Origin: Bacillota bacterium | GTDB lineage: Bacteria > Bacillota > Clostridia > Christensenellales > UMGS416 | Assembly: GCA_016281935.1 (NCBI GenBank) | Contig: JAEEJN010000111.1 | Coordinates: 4,742-68,741, forward strand | DNA length: 64,000 bases | Reading direction: 5' to 3' | The notes under the pieces: generated by a model | What the model was told of the DNA's origin: nothing | The model's input: the letters and a program-made list of their open reading frames with translations, nothing else | Databases searched by the model: none | Program-made: the position numbers and the translations under genes | Shown here: positions 28,089 through 37,400 of the stretch, in pieces | Layout of the letters: every line of letters starts with the position of its first letter | Position numbering within the stretch: the stretch's first letter is position 1

Positions 28089-28183
28089 AAGCGTACGAGG
28101 TTCGCTGTTTCTGTTCAGCGGGATCATTCTTCCGCTGTCGGAAACAGCCCGACCGTACTGACCTGGATGAGGTGATCATATTG

Positions 28184-28558
28184 ATGCTGCGTAAATGCCC
28201 CCGCTGCGAACTGAATTATATCCGCGAGGGAGAAAAACTCTGCCGCGTCTGCGCACGCGAACTGAAAGTCGGTCTTTCCGAGCAGGAGGAGACCATCGAA
28301 ATGTGCTCGATCTGCGGCGAGAATCCCGTCCTGCCCGGCAAGGACATCTGTGCCAAATGCCAGCGGGAGCAGGAAGATCCCAAAAAGGACAATCTTTCCG
28401 AGTACGAGGATGAAGAAAACGTTCTCGACGAAGATGTTGCCGATCTGGACGTGGGAGACGATCTCGACTTTGAAGTGACGGACATGCCCACGACGTCCCT
28501 TTCCGATCTGGAAGACGAGGAGTTCCGCAGAGACGAAGAGGAGGAGGAAGACTTTTAG
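28184..28558 (+). CDS. small double zinc-ribbon protein with a strongly acidic C-terminal tail
   Basis: Start at the ATG at 28184 (SD GAGGTGA). Four CxxC pairs: CPRC..CRVC and CSIC..CAKC. The C-terminal ~60 aa are dominated by D/E (…EDEEFRRDEEEEEDF). Confidence 0.7.
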   Translation: MLRKCPRCELNYIREGEKLCRVCARELKVGLSEQEETIEMCSICGENPVLPGKDICAKCQREQEDPKKDNLSEYEDEENVLDEDVADLDVGDDLDFEVTDMPTTSLSDLEDEEFRRDEEEEEDF

Positions 28559-28574
28559 TCTTTCGCTTCCTTCC

Positions 28575-29273
28575 ATGAGAATCTGGGCCATTTCAGACCT
28601 TCATCTGTCCGAGAACTCGGACAAGCCCATGAACGTGTTCGGCCCGCAGTGGGAAGGTCACTGGGACAGGATACGCGAGGACTGGAAAGCACGGGTAGCC
28701 GAAGAGGACATCGTGCTCATAGGCGGTGACATCTCCTGGGCCATGTCGCTCGGCGAGGCGCTCGCGGATCTTCGGTCGATCATGGAGATGCCCGGGAAGA
28801 AAGTGCTTCTTCGGGGCAATCACGATTACTGGTGGCCGAGCCTGTCAAAACTGACGGCCGTCCTGGATGAACGGACTTTCGTCCTTCAGAACAATGCGCT
28901 GCGTTTTCCCGGAATCGTTTTTGCCGGAACAAGGGGATGGACGATCGCAAAGGATGGAGCATCCGAAGAAGACAGCCGCATCTATCAGAGAGAAGGGATC
29001 AGGCTGTCTCTTTCCCTGAAAAACGCCGAACAGCTCCGTAAGCCGGGAGACCGGCTGCTTGTTCATTTCCATTATCCGCCCTGGATCCATGCCGGGGAGA
29101 CCACGGTCTTTACCGAACAGCTGGAACAGATCCGGCCGGACTGGATCTTGTTCGGACATCTGCACAACGTATCCCCGAAAGACGTCCCGGAAGGAGAACT
29201 CAGAGGACTTTCCTATCAGCTTGTATCCTGCGATTACCTTCATTTCAGGCTGAAGGAGATCGCTGAGATCTGA
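28575..29273 (+). CDS. metallophosphoesterase
   Basis: 232 aa with SDLHLS, GGDISW, GNHDYW and GHLH motifs. Confidence 0.85.
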   Translation: MRIWAISDLHLSENSDKPMNVFGPQWEGHWDRIREDWKARVAEEDIVLIGGDISWAMSLGEALADLRSIMEMPGKKVLLRGNHDYWWPSLSKLTAVLDERTFVLQNNALRFPGIVFAGTRGWTIAKDGASEEDSRIYQREGIRLSLSLKNAEQLRKPGDRLLVHFHYPPWIHAGETTVFTEQLEQIRPDWILFGHLHNVSPKDVPEGELRGLSYQLVSCDYLHFRLKEIAEI

Positions 29274-29282
29274 CAGTCATGC

Positions 29283-29313
29283 AGACCGGTTTCTGCCGGT
29301 CTTTCTTTTTTTT
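29283..29313 (+). terminator. rho-independent terminator
   Basis: AGACCGG-loop-CCGGTCT followed by a long T-run. Confidence 0.8.
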
Positions 29314-29438
29314 CTGCCCGAAAAAACACTGAGGGAGACAAGTTTCACACCGGTGTTTTTCTGCCGGAAAACAGCTTTCAAAGAAGATGGTTTTTTGCAA
29401 TATTTTGACATTTTAGCACGGAAAAACCCCCGAAAAAC

Positions 29439-29467
29439 TTGCAATCTGTGTAGCAAAGGCGTATAAT
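29439..29467 (+). promoter_or_regulatory. dcw cluster promoter (PmraZ)
   Basis: TTGCAA (29439-29444) - 17 nt - TATAAT (29462-29467). Confidence 0.7.
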
Positions 29468-29474
29468 AGGGTTA

Positions 29475-29491
29475 AAAGTGGGGCGAAGTGG
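29475..29491 (+). promoter_or_regulatory. putative MraZ operator (direct repeats at 10-bp phasing)
   Basis: AAAGTGG (29475-29481) and GAAGTGG (29485-29491), exactly 10 bp apart, just downstream of the -10. This is the arrangement reported for MraZ-binding GTGG-type repeats. Confidence 0.55.
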
Positions 29492-29520
29492 TGAACACGC
29501 CCGGAAAGGAGGTACGGCTC

Positions 29521-29964
29521 ATGATTTTCAAGGGTCGGCATGAACATACGCTGGACGCCAAGGGCCGTGTCTTTATTCCGGCGGAATACCGCGGCGGGCT
29601 CGGGCAGAGCTTTGTCGTCACCCGCGCTTTCCGCGACCCCTGCCTGTGGGTCTTCTCACAGGAGACGTTCGAAGCGCTCAGTGCGAAGATGGAGGACTTT
29701 TCTCTTCTTGACGCTTCCACACAGAGTCTGGAGCGTATACTGTACAACTCCGCCTGCGACGTGGAGCCCGACAAGCAGGGAAGGATCATCCTGACGCAGG
29801 ATCTCCGCCAGTATGCCGGACTTGTGAAGGACGTGGTGATCACGGGATCCCGCAACCGTCTTGAGATCTGGGACAAAGACACGTGGACGGCTCAGCACGA
29901 GAAGGATCTCGAAGCATTCAGCCAGACACTGGAGACGCTGCAGGAGCGTGGCGTCAGGATCTGA
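29521..29964 (+). CDS. mraZ: transcriptional regulator MraZ
   Basis: Start at the ATG at 29521 (SD AAGGAGG), giving MIFKGRHEHTLDAKGRVFIPAEYR. Two DxxxR-type repeats. Confidence 0.93.
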   Translation: MIFKGRHEHTLDAKGRVFIPAEYRGGLGQSFVVTRAFRDPCLWVFSQETFEALSAKMEDFSLLDASTQSLERILYNSACDVEPDKQGRIILTQDLRQYAGLVKDVVITGSRNRLEIWDKDTWTAQHEKDLEAFSQTLETLQERGVRI

Positions 29965-30899
29965 TGGAATCCTTCCATCATGTATCAATCCTCCGGGACG
30001 TCATAGCCGAAGCCGTGGCCCGGACAGGGGAGGGGATCTTCCTTGACGGGACCCTGGGCGGAGGAGGACATGCGGAAGCGGTCCTGTCCCGGATCACGGA
30101 AGGAAGCAGACTCATAGGGATCGACCGGGATCCGGAAGCGCTTAAAGCGGCGTCCGCCCGGCTGGCCCCGTTCGGGGAACGGTTCGTTCCCGTTCACGGC
30201 AATTTCATGCAGGCCGGGGAGATCCTCGGAAGCATGGGGATCGGCAGGATCCAGGGAGCCGTGCTCGACCTGGGCGTTTCATCGTTCCAGCTCGATACGG
30301 CCCGAAGGGGTTTTTCCTACATGCAGGATGCTCCGCTGGATATGAGGATGGATCCGTCCGCGGAACTTTCCGCCTATGAAGTCGTGAACGGATATTCCCA
30401 GGATGAACTCACAAGGATCCTGAGAGATTACGGAGAAGAGAAATTCGCTTCACGCATCGCCAGGTTCATCGTGGACCGCAGGCCGGTGAAAACGACCTTC
30501 GAACTGTCGCAGATCTGCACGGACGCGATCCCAGCGTCCGCCAGAAGAACGGGACCCCATCCCGCCAAACGTACCTTCCAGGCCATCCGCATCGAAGTGA
30601 ACGGAGAACTCGAAGGACTTGGACAGGCGGTATCGGATCTGATATCTCTCCTGGCTCCCGGAGGAGTTCTTGCGGTTCTGACCTTTCATTCGCTGGAAGA
30701 CAGAGCCGTGAAACAGGCCATGCAGAAAGCCGAGAATCCCTGCACGTGCCCGCCGAGCTTTCCGGTCTGTGTATGTGGGAAAAAACCTCTCGGCCGGCGC
30801 GATCCGCGCAAACCCATCGAGCCCAGCGCTCAGGAAATCGAAATGAATCCCCGTGCCCGCAGCGCGAAACTGCGTTTGTTCAGGGCAACGGATGTATAA
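29964..30899 (+). CDS. rsmH: 16S rRNA (cytosine1402-N4)-methyltransferase
   Basis: The ATG at 29964 overlaps the mraZ TGA. HVSILRDV, DGTLGGGGH and DLGVSSFQLD motifs. Confidence 0.93.
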   Translation: MESFHHVSILRDVIAEAVARTGEGIFLDGTLGGGGHAEAVLSRITEGSRLIGIDRDPEALKAASARLAPFGERFVPVHGNFMQAGEILGSMGIGRIQGAVLDLGVSSFQLDTARRGFSYMQDAPLDMRMDPSAELSAYEVVNGYSQDELTRILRDYGEEKFASRIARFIVDRRPVKTTFELSQICTDAIPASARRTGPHPAKRTFQAIRIEVNGELEGLGQAVSDLISLLAPGGVLAVLTFHSLEDRAVKQAMQKAENPCTCPPSFPVCVCGKKPLGRRDPRKPIEPSAQEIEMNPRARSAKLRLFRATDV

Positions 30900-30920
30900 G
30901 TCCCGAAGGAGGACAGATCA

Positions 30921-31319
30921 GTGAACACCGTACACCAGTATGCATATGAAACAGAATACGCACCGCGTCAGCAGGAGCAGACTTATACCGCGCCTGCGCC
31001 TCAGACTTCAGCCAGGGCTGTCGTCATCAGCGTCGTTGCTGCAATGCTGGTGTTTTTGACCCTTATCGGCCTGATCTACGTCAAATACTCCGTCGCGGCC
31101 ATGCAGATGCAGATCAACCATCTGCAGAGCTCGATCGAGGACAAAGAACAGCAGGCATCCCGGCTTCAGGCCCGTATCCATGAAATGGAGAACGTCGCCG
31201 TGATCCGGGAAAAGGCCGAAGCGCTGGGGATGGGCTATCCCGATGCGGAGCATGTTCTCCGGGTCGATCTGTCCCAGCCGGTTTCCTCCTCTCACGAATT
31301 GCTGGAGGCCGGCGACTAG
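30921..31319 (+). CDS. ftsL: cell division protein FtsL-like (bitopic, coiled coil)
   Basis: GTG start with SD GAAGGAGG. One TM followed by a coiled-coil region. Conserved position between rsmH and the PBP. Confidence 0.75.
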   Translation: MNTVHQYAYETEYAPRQQEQTYTAPAPQTSARAVVISVVAAMLVFLTLIGLIYVKYSVAAMQMQINHLQSSIEDKEQQASRLQARIHEMENVAVIREKAEALGMGYPDAEHVLRVDLSQPVSSSHELLEAGD

Positions 31320-31391
31320 CCGTTCCGAAAAGCGCGGACCGAAGCCGGCCGGGCAGCGGTCCGCAGCTTAACCAGCACAAGGAGAAGGGAA

Positions 31392-33560
31392 ATGCAGCAA
31401 GAAACATCTGTGACCAACCGACACCGTCTGGGCTGTCTGTTGGTCCTTTTTGCAATTCTGCTGGTTTTCGGTGTCATCGCCCTGGGATACCGCATGCTCG
31501 TACAGTCTTCCATGCTCCAGGAGAGAGCGGCATCGCAGTGGGTAAGGCAGAAAACGGTCACGGCGGCAAGGGGAGACATCACGGACCGAGACGGAACCAT
31601 CATCGCGGGATCGACTCCGAGCTGGACTGTGGCACTTCTGCCTCAGACGATCAAGGATGCTCAGGAGGCTGAAGACAGAAGGGCCGCGAAAGAGGGCAGG
31701 GCGGCGTTGAACCTTAAGGAAGCGACGGCGCAGGTGCTGGCTCAGATCCTGGACATGGATGTCGACACGATTCTACAGAAACTGGCGAATGACAAGAAAT
31801 ACGAGGTATGGCTCAAGAGACTGGTCACGGATGATCAGGCGGAAGCGATCCGGAACCAGGCCATGCCCGGCGTCCGTCTGATAGAAGATACCAGACGTTA
31901 CTATCCCATGAACGATCTGCTGTGCCAGGTCCTCGGCTTTACATCCGTCGACGGAGTCGGTCTGGAAGGACTGGAAGCCACAATGAACCGTTACCTGACC
32001 GGTACGGACGGATACGTGAAGATGGAAACCGACGTTGCGGGCCGAGAACTTCCCGAATCTATTGAGGAATACGTGGAAGCCAGCAACGGTTCTGACGTTC
32101 AGCTGACCATCTCCGCGCCTCTGCAGTCGGCGACGGAAAAGATCATGCGAGAAGCGCTGGAGGAACAGGAAGCGGAGAAAGCGGTCGCGATCGTTATGGA
32201 TCCGAACACTTTTGAGATCCTGGCCATGGTGAATGAGCCCGGCTTTGATCTCAACAACATACCCCGGAGTGACGGGAAAGTGCTTTCCAGACTGTCCCGC
32301 AACACCGCGGTGGCGGACGCGTATGAGTTAGGGACATCCTTCGGGATCCTGACACTTGCAGGCGCTCTGGACACGGGTGTTGCAGCCGAGAACATGGCGT
32401 ACAACTGCCCCGGGTTCCAGATCGTGAACGGGACGCAGATCAAGTGCTGGAGCCAGCTGCCTCACGGGATGCAGGGACTGGATCGTGCGGTCGCAAATTC
32501 CTGCAATACGGCCTTCATGCAGATGGGGCTTTCTCTGGGGACAGACAGGTTCTACGGTCTTCTCTATGACTTCGGGTTCGGAAAAACGACCGGTTCCCTT
32601 TTTGCGTCCGAAAACGCCGGGAGCATCACGTCCATCAAATACATCCGTGAAACGGATCTCGCACGGATGTCCGCTTTCGGTGATTCGGCGAAGGTCACAC
32701 CGCTTCAGATGATCTCCGCCGTTTCTGCAGCCGTCAACGGGGGCACGCTCAAAGTCCCTATGATCGTTCGGCGCGTCATCCGGGATGACGGAATCGTGAT
32801 CGCAAAATATGAGACCGAAACGGTCAGACAGGTCATTTCTCCCGAAGCGTCCGGCATCCTGAGGAAGCTTCTGGGAAATACAGTGGACAACGGAGTAGGC
32901 CGGAACGGTGCAGTGCCCGGATACAGCTCGGGCGGTCTTCCCGGCATCGCACAGAAATACGATGAAGACGGACGTGTGCTCAGCGCCAACCATGTAGCTA
33001 CCTATGTCGGATTCGCGCCGGTAAATGATCCGAAAGCCGTCGTATTTGTCCTCGTGGACAACCCTCAGAAAGGCAGCCACTACGGTTCGACGACCGCTGC
33101 TCCCTATGCTGCGAGGATACTGGAAGAGACTTTGCAGTATCTGAGCGTCGCGTCGGACCGCCAGGAGACGGAAGGCACCGTCGAAGTGCCGGATGTACGT
33201 CTTATGGACTATGAAAGTGCAGCCGAAAGTCTGATGTCACGCGGACTGAAGGCGCTGGTCGAAGGACACGGCGAGACCGTGTATACGCAGAGCCCCGATC
33301 CTGGGACCCTCGTGAATTCCGGAGCGCCTGTCCTTGTTCAGCTGACCAACTACAGGGAAATGACGGATTCACTGGTCGTCGTTCCGGACGTTGCGGGAAT
33401 GACGCCGGCCGAGGCCGTGCTCGCACTGCGGGAAGTCGGACTGAAGCTCGTGATCAGCGGGACAGGATATCGGGCGACACGCCAGGATCCGCCCGCATCC
33501 ACTTATGCCGAAGAAGGCGATGAAGTGATCGTGTCCTTCTACGGAGAACTGGAACCCTGA
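31392..33560 (+). CDS. class B penicillin-binding protein (FtsI/PBP2B/SpoVD position) with two PASTA domains; degenerate transpeptidase motifs
   Basis: 722 aa with an N-terminal TM, pedestal domain, transpeptidase fold (VAIVMDPNTFEILAMVNEPGFD) and 2 PASTA repeats. Motif 1 reads YELGTSFG instead of YEPGSTFK and motif 3 reads GLPGIAQ instead of GKTGTAQ. SCN is intact. Confidence 0.85.
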   Translation: MQQETSVTNRHRLGCLLVLFAILLVFGVIALGYRMLVQSSMLQERAASQWVRQKTVTAARGDITDRDGTIIAGSTPSWTVALLPQTIKDAQEAEDRRAAKEGRAALNLKEATAQVLAQILDMDVDTILQKLANDKKYEVWLKRLVTDDQAEAIRNQAMPGVRLIEDTRRYYPMNDLLCQVLGFTSVDGVGLEGLEATMNRYLTGTDGYVKMETDVAGRELPESIEEYVEASNGSDVQLTISAPLQSATEKIMREALEEQEAEKAVAIVMDPNTFEILAMVNEPGFDLNNIPRSDGKVLSRLSRNTAVADAYELGTSFGILTLAGALDTGVAAENMAYNCPGFQIVNGTQIKCWSQLPHGMQGLDRAVANSCNTAFMQMGLSLGTDRFYGLLYDFGFGKTTGSLFASENAGSITSIKYIRETDLARMSAFGDSAKVTPLQMISAVSAAVNGGTLKVPMIVRRVIRDDGIVIAKYETETVRQVISPEASGILRKLLGNTVDNGVGRNGAVPGYSSGGLPGIAQKYDEDGRVLSANHVATYVGFAPVNDPKAVVFVLVDNPQKGSHYGSTTAAPYAARILEETLQYLSVASDRQETEGTVEVPDVRLMDYESAAESLMSRGLKALVEGHGETVYTQSPDPGTLVNSGAPVLVQLTNYREMTDSLVVVPDVAGMTPAEAVLALREVGLKLVISGTGYRATRQDPPASTYAEEGDEVIVSFYGELEP

Positions 33561-33577
33561 TGGAAGAGGGAGTCGCT

Positions 33578-35032
33578 ATGAAAACACTGCAGCAACTGAG
33601 TCTGGCCGTTCCGGGAGCGGAACTGACGGGAGGGGCGGACGTCCCGATCGCTTTTCTTGCTACGGATTCCCGTACGGAGGATCTGACCGGAGCCCTGTTC
33701 ATCTGCATCAGGGGCGGTTCGTTCGACGCGCATGACGCTGCCGGGCAGGTTGTGAGCAAAGGGGCTGCCGCGCTTGTCGTGGAACACCGTCTTCCCGTGG
33801 ATGTGCCGCAGCTCATCGTAAAAGACAGCCGGGAAGCGTGGAGTTATCTCGCTTCCTGCTGGTACGGTTTTCCCGCGGAAAAGCTGCGTCTGATCGGGAT
33901 CACCGGCACAAAGGGAAAAACGACGACCACGACGCTGATCGCGCGTATTCTGGAGCATGCGGGATACAAGGTCGGTCTGATCGGCACGGTAGCCAATGAG
34001 ATCGCCGGGAAATCTTATCCTCAGCATCTGACGACCCCGGATCCCATGGAGATGCAGGAACTCCTGTCGCGCATGGTCGAAGCGGGATGCACGTTCGCGG
34101 TCATGGAGGTCTCCGCACATGCGGCGGCGCTCCGGAAGATCGCGGGCATGGAATACGAAGTCATGGGATTCACGAATCTTTCCCAGGACCATCTGAACGA
34201 TTTCCATACGATGGAAAACTACGGTGCCGCGAAGGCCCTGCTTTTCCGTGACGGGGTCTGCCGTACGGCGATCGTCAACGCAGACGACGCATATACTCCG
34301 ACTCTCGTGAAGGGACGCACGGGCGCCACGCTGTACTTTTCCCTTGAAGGGCGAGGGGACATCCGGGCGGAGAAGATCTCCAGCCGGCTCTCCGGCGTAT
34401 CCTATGAGATGCATGCGAGTTCAGGCTCCCGGAAAATGGAACTGAGACTTGGAGGCCGCTTCAACGTGGCGAACAGTCTTCTTGCAGCCGCTGTATGCCT
34501 ACAGTGCGGACTGTCGATGGATCTCATCGCGGAGGGGCTCGCGGGCGTGCCCGGTGTGCCCGGAAGGCTTGAAAGAGTAGACAATCCTGAAGGCGCAACG
34601 GTACTCGTGGATTATGCGCATTCGCCCGACAGCCTGGAAAACGTGCTGAACGCCGTAAGGCCTGAAACGAAAGGCAGGGTATGGGCGGTATTCGGCTGCG
34701 GAGGAGACCGTGACCGCGGGAAGCGTCCGCTGATGGGTGCCATCGCCGAAAGACTTGCTGACCGGGTCGTCATCACGACGGACAATCCGAGAACGGAAGA
34801 TCCGGACGAGATCATCCGTGAGATCGCGGCGGGACTCGAGAAACCGGAAAACGCGCTCTGCGTGACGGACAGGACCGAAGCGATCCATTACGCGCTCAGA
34901 GAAGCGGGTCCGGACGATACGGTCGTCATCGCCGGCAAAGGACACGAGACCTATCAGGAGATCTGCGGGGTCCGGCATCACTATGATGATCGCGAGGTCG
35001 TAAGAGATTACATTGCGGCCCGATCCAAATAA
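33578..35032 (+). CDS. murE: UDP-N-acetylmuramoyl-L-alanyl-D-glutamate--2,6-diaminopimelate ligase
   Basis: GITGTKGKTTTT P-loop. The DNPR motif implies meso-DAP specificity. Start is probably the ATG at 33578 (SD GAAGAGGGAG); the ORF opens at 33560. Confidence 0.92.
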   Translation: MKTLQQLSLAVPGAELTGGADVPIAFLATDSRTEDLTGALFICIRGGSFDAHDAAGQVVSKGAAALVVEHRLPVDVPQLIVKDSREAWSYLASCWYGFPAEKLRLIGITGTKGKTTTTTLIARILEHAGYKVGLIGTVANEIAGKSYPQHLTTPDPMEMQELLSRMVEAGCTFAVMEVSAHAAALRKIAGMEYEVMGFTNLSQDHLNDFHTMENYGAAKALLFRDGVCRTAIVNADDAYTPTLVKGRTGATLYFSLEGRGDIRAEKISSRLSGVSYEMHASSGSRKMELRLGGRFNVANSLLAAAVCLQCGLSMDLIAEGLAGVPGVPGRLERVDNPEGATVLVDYAHSPDSLENVLNAVRPETKGRVWAVFGCGGDRDRGKRPLMGAIAERLADRVVITTDNPRTEDPDEIIREIAAGLEKPENALCVTDRTEAIHYALREAGPDDTVVIAGKGHETYQEICGVRHHYDDREVVRDYIAARSK

Positions 35033-35043
35033 GGAGAACACGA

Positions 35044-36003
35044 ATGTATTTTCACTTGATTCTGCCGGCCATGGCGGCCTGCCTTCTTGTACTGGCGATG
35101 GGGCCTTATATCATCCCGCTGCTGAGACGCTATAAATTCGGGCAGTCGATCAGGGAAGACGGACCGCAGTGGCATCAGGGCAAGCAAGGGACCCCTACGA
35201 TGGGCGGGCTCATGATCCTTGCGGCGATCGTGCTTGCGCTTGTCATCACGCACAGGAACTGGAACGTCGATCTCTGGGTAGGACTCGGTGCCGTTCTTGG
35301 ATTCGGACTGATTGGCTTCCTGGATGACAGCATCAAGGTTATCAAGAAACGCAACCTGGGACTGAACGCGGGACCGAAGTTCCTGCTCCAGCTCCTGGTC
35401 GCATGCGTCGTATCGTTCTTTGTGATCAGGATCCACGGCGGGCTGATCCGGCTGCCGTTCACGTCCGTGACGATCGATATCGGCTGGTGGAATTATCCGA
35501 TCCTCGTGTTCGTGTTCCTGGCCGCGGTGAATTCCTACAATCTGACGGACGGCCTGGACGGTCTTTCCTCTTCCGTGGGCATGGTATTCTTCGTTTCCAT
35601 GGCTCTGATCTTTGCCGGAGCGATCCCGGATCCCGATATGGCGGCGCTTGCGGTGGCCTGCGCGGGCGCGCTTCTCGGCTTTCTGCGCTACAATGCCAAG
35701 CCTGCCCGTGTGATGATGGGAGACGTCGGATCTCTGGCACTTGGCGGTGCCGTGGCCTATCTGGCCGCTTCCGGCGGTCTGATCCTCTGGCTTCCCGTCA
35801 TGGCGGGAACGATCGCCATCGCTTCCGTTTCGGATATCCTCCAGCTGCTGAGTCTGCGTTTCCGCAGAAGGCGCATGTTCAAAATGGCACCGCTGCATCA
35901 TCATCTCGAATGGATCGGGATGGAGGAGACCCGTATCGTTACGATGTATACGATCGTCACGGTCGTTCTGTGCATGATCGGTCTGATGGCGGTCGGATGG
36001 TAA
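35044..36003 (+). CDS. mraY: phospho-N-acetylmuramoyl-pentapeptide transferase
   Basis: 319 aa with FLDDSIKV, NLTDGLDGL and APLHHHLE motifs. Confidence 0.95.
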   Translation: MYFHLILPAMAACLLVLAMGPYIIPLLRRYKFGQSIREDGPQWHQGKQGTPTMGGLMILAAIVLALVITHRNWNVDLWVGLGAVLGFGLIGFLDDSIKVIKKRNLGLNAGPKFLLQLLVACVVSFFVIRIHGGLIRLPFTSVTIDIGWWNYPILVFVFLAAVNSYNLTDGLDGLSSSVGMVFFVSMALIFAGAIPDPDMAALAVACAGALLGFLRYNAKPARVMMGDVGSLALGGAVAYLAASGGLILWLPVMAGTIAIASVSDILQLLSLRFRRRRMFKMAPLHHHLEWIGMEETRIVTMYTIVTVVLCMIGLMAVGW

Positions 36004-36029
36004 GTTTTACTGGATGAAAGAAGGAGAAA

Positions 36030-37400
36030 ATGGAAATCAAAGGCAAACATGTGATGGTCATCGGTCTGGCGCGGAGCGGTATCGCGGCAGCAAGACTTCT
36101 GGCCTCTCTGGGCGCTGATGTGACGATAAACGACGCCAAGAAAGAAGACGCGCTCGGCGATGCTCTCAAACCGCTCGAGGGCCTTATGTTTCGGAAAGAG
36201 CTCGGCTGTGCTCCGGACGCTTTCGTACAGGACCAGGATCTCATCGTCGTTTCTCCGGGCGTTCCCACGGAACTGCCCTTTATGGAAAAAGCCCGCACGC
36301 TCGGGATCCCCGTGATCGCCGAAGCTGAACTCGGTTACAGACTGGCCCCCTGTCCCATGGTCGCGATCACCGGAACGAACGGCAAGACAACGACCACGAC
36401 GCTCGTGGGCAAGATCTTCGAAAAAGCAGGTTATACGACTCATGTAGTGGGAAATATCGGCCTGCCCATCACGGAAGCCGTTCCCCGGATGAAACCGGAG
36501 GACGTCATCGTGATGGAAGTGTCTTCCTTCATGATGGAGACTGCGGACAGCTTCCGGCCCAGGGTATCCGCGATCCTCAATATCACGGAAGACCATCTGA
36601 ACCGCCATCATACGATGGAAGTCTATACGGACATGAAGTGCCGCATCTTCGAGAATCAGAGAGATGATGACGTACTCGTCCTGAATTACGATCAGGAAGA
36701 GACGCGTGTCCTGGCGGAACGGGCAAAATGCCGCGTGCTCTTCTTCTCTCATGAAGCGGAGGTCGAAGCGGGTGTCTGCGTTTCCGGAGAACACATCGTA
36801 TACCGTCCGGGCGACGGGACGGAGATAAAACTGGGACGCCCCGGAGAGATCCGGCTCCCGGGTAAGCATAATCTCGAAAACGCGCTTGCCGCGACGGCCA
36901 TGACGATGGCCATGGGCGTGAATCCGGCAGCTGTCCGCTATACGCTCGCAACTTTTGAAGGCGTCGAGCACCGCATCGAAAGAGTGACGACGATCTCAGG
37001 CGTGACCTTCTTCAACGATTCCAAGGGCACGAACGTGGATGCCGCTCTCCGTGCGGTATGGAGCATGGAAGCGCCTACGGTCCTGATTGCCGGCGGATAC
37101 GACAAGCACACGGATTTCGCGCCTCTGTACCGGGGATTCACGGATCAGATCCGCCATGTCGTCCTCATCGGGGACACGGCGAAACAGCTCGCGGAAACCG
37201 CGGCGGCCGAAGGGTATACGAACATCTCCCGCGAAGGAACGTTCAGGGATGCCGTCGAAGCGGCTTATGCCATCGCGAAGCCCGGCTGGAACGTACTGCT
37301 TTCTCCGGCGTGCGCGAGCTTCGATATGTTCAAGGATTATGAGGAGAGGGGACGGGTTTTCAAGGAGATCGTCCATTCTCTGAAGGAGAAGGAAGCATGA
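36030..37400 (+). CDS. murD: UDP-N-acetylmuramoylalanine--D-glutamate ligase
   Basis: 456 aa with N-terminal GLARSG and the ITGTNGKTTTT P-loop. Confidence 0.93.
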   Translation: MEIKGKHVMVIGLARSGIAAARLLASLGADVTINDAKKEDALGDALKPLEGLMFRKELGCAPDAFVQDQDLIVVSPGVPTELPFMEKARTLGIPVIAEAELGYRLAPCPMVAITGTNGKTTTTTLVGKIFEKAGYTTHVVGNIGLPITEAVPRMKPEDVIVMEVSSFMMETADSFRPRVSAILNITEDHLNRHHTMEVYTDMKCRIFENQRDDDVLVLNYDQEETRVLAERAKCRVLFFSHEAEVEAGVCVSGEHIVYRPGDGTEIKLGRPGEIRLPGKHNLENALAATAMTMAMGVNPAAVRYTLATFEGVEHRIERVTTISGVTFFNDSKGTNVDAALRAVWSMEAPTVLIAGGYDKHTDFAPLYRGFTDQIRHVVLIGDTAKQLAETAAAEGYTNISREGTFRDAVEAAYAIAKPGWNVLLSPACASFDMFKDYEERGRVFKEIVHSLKEKEA

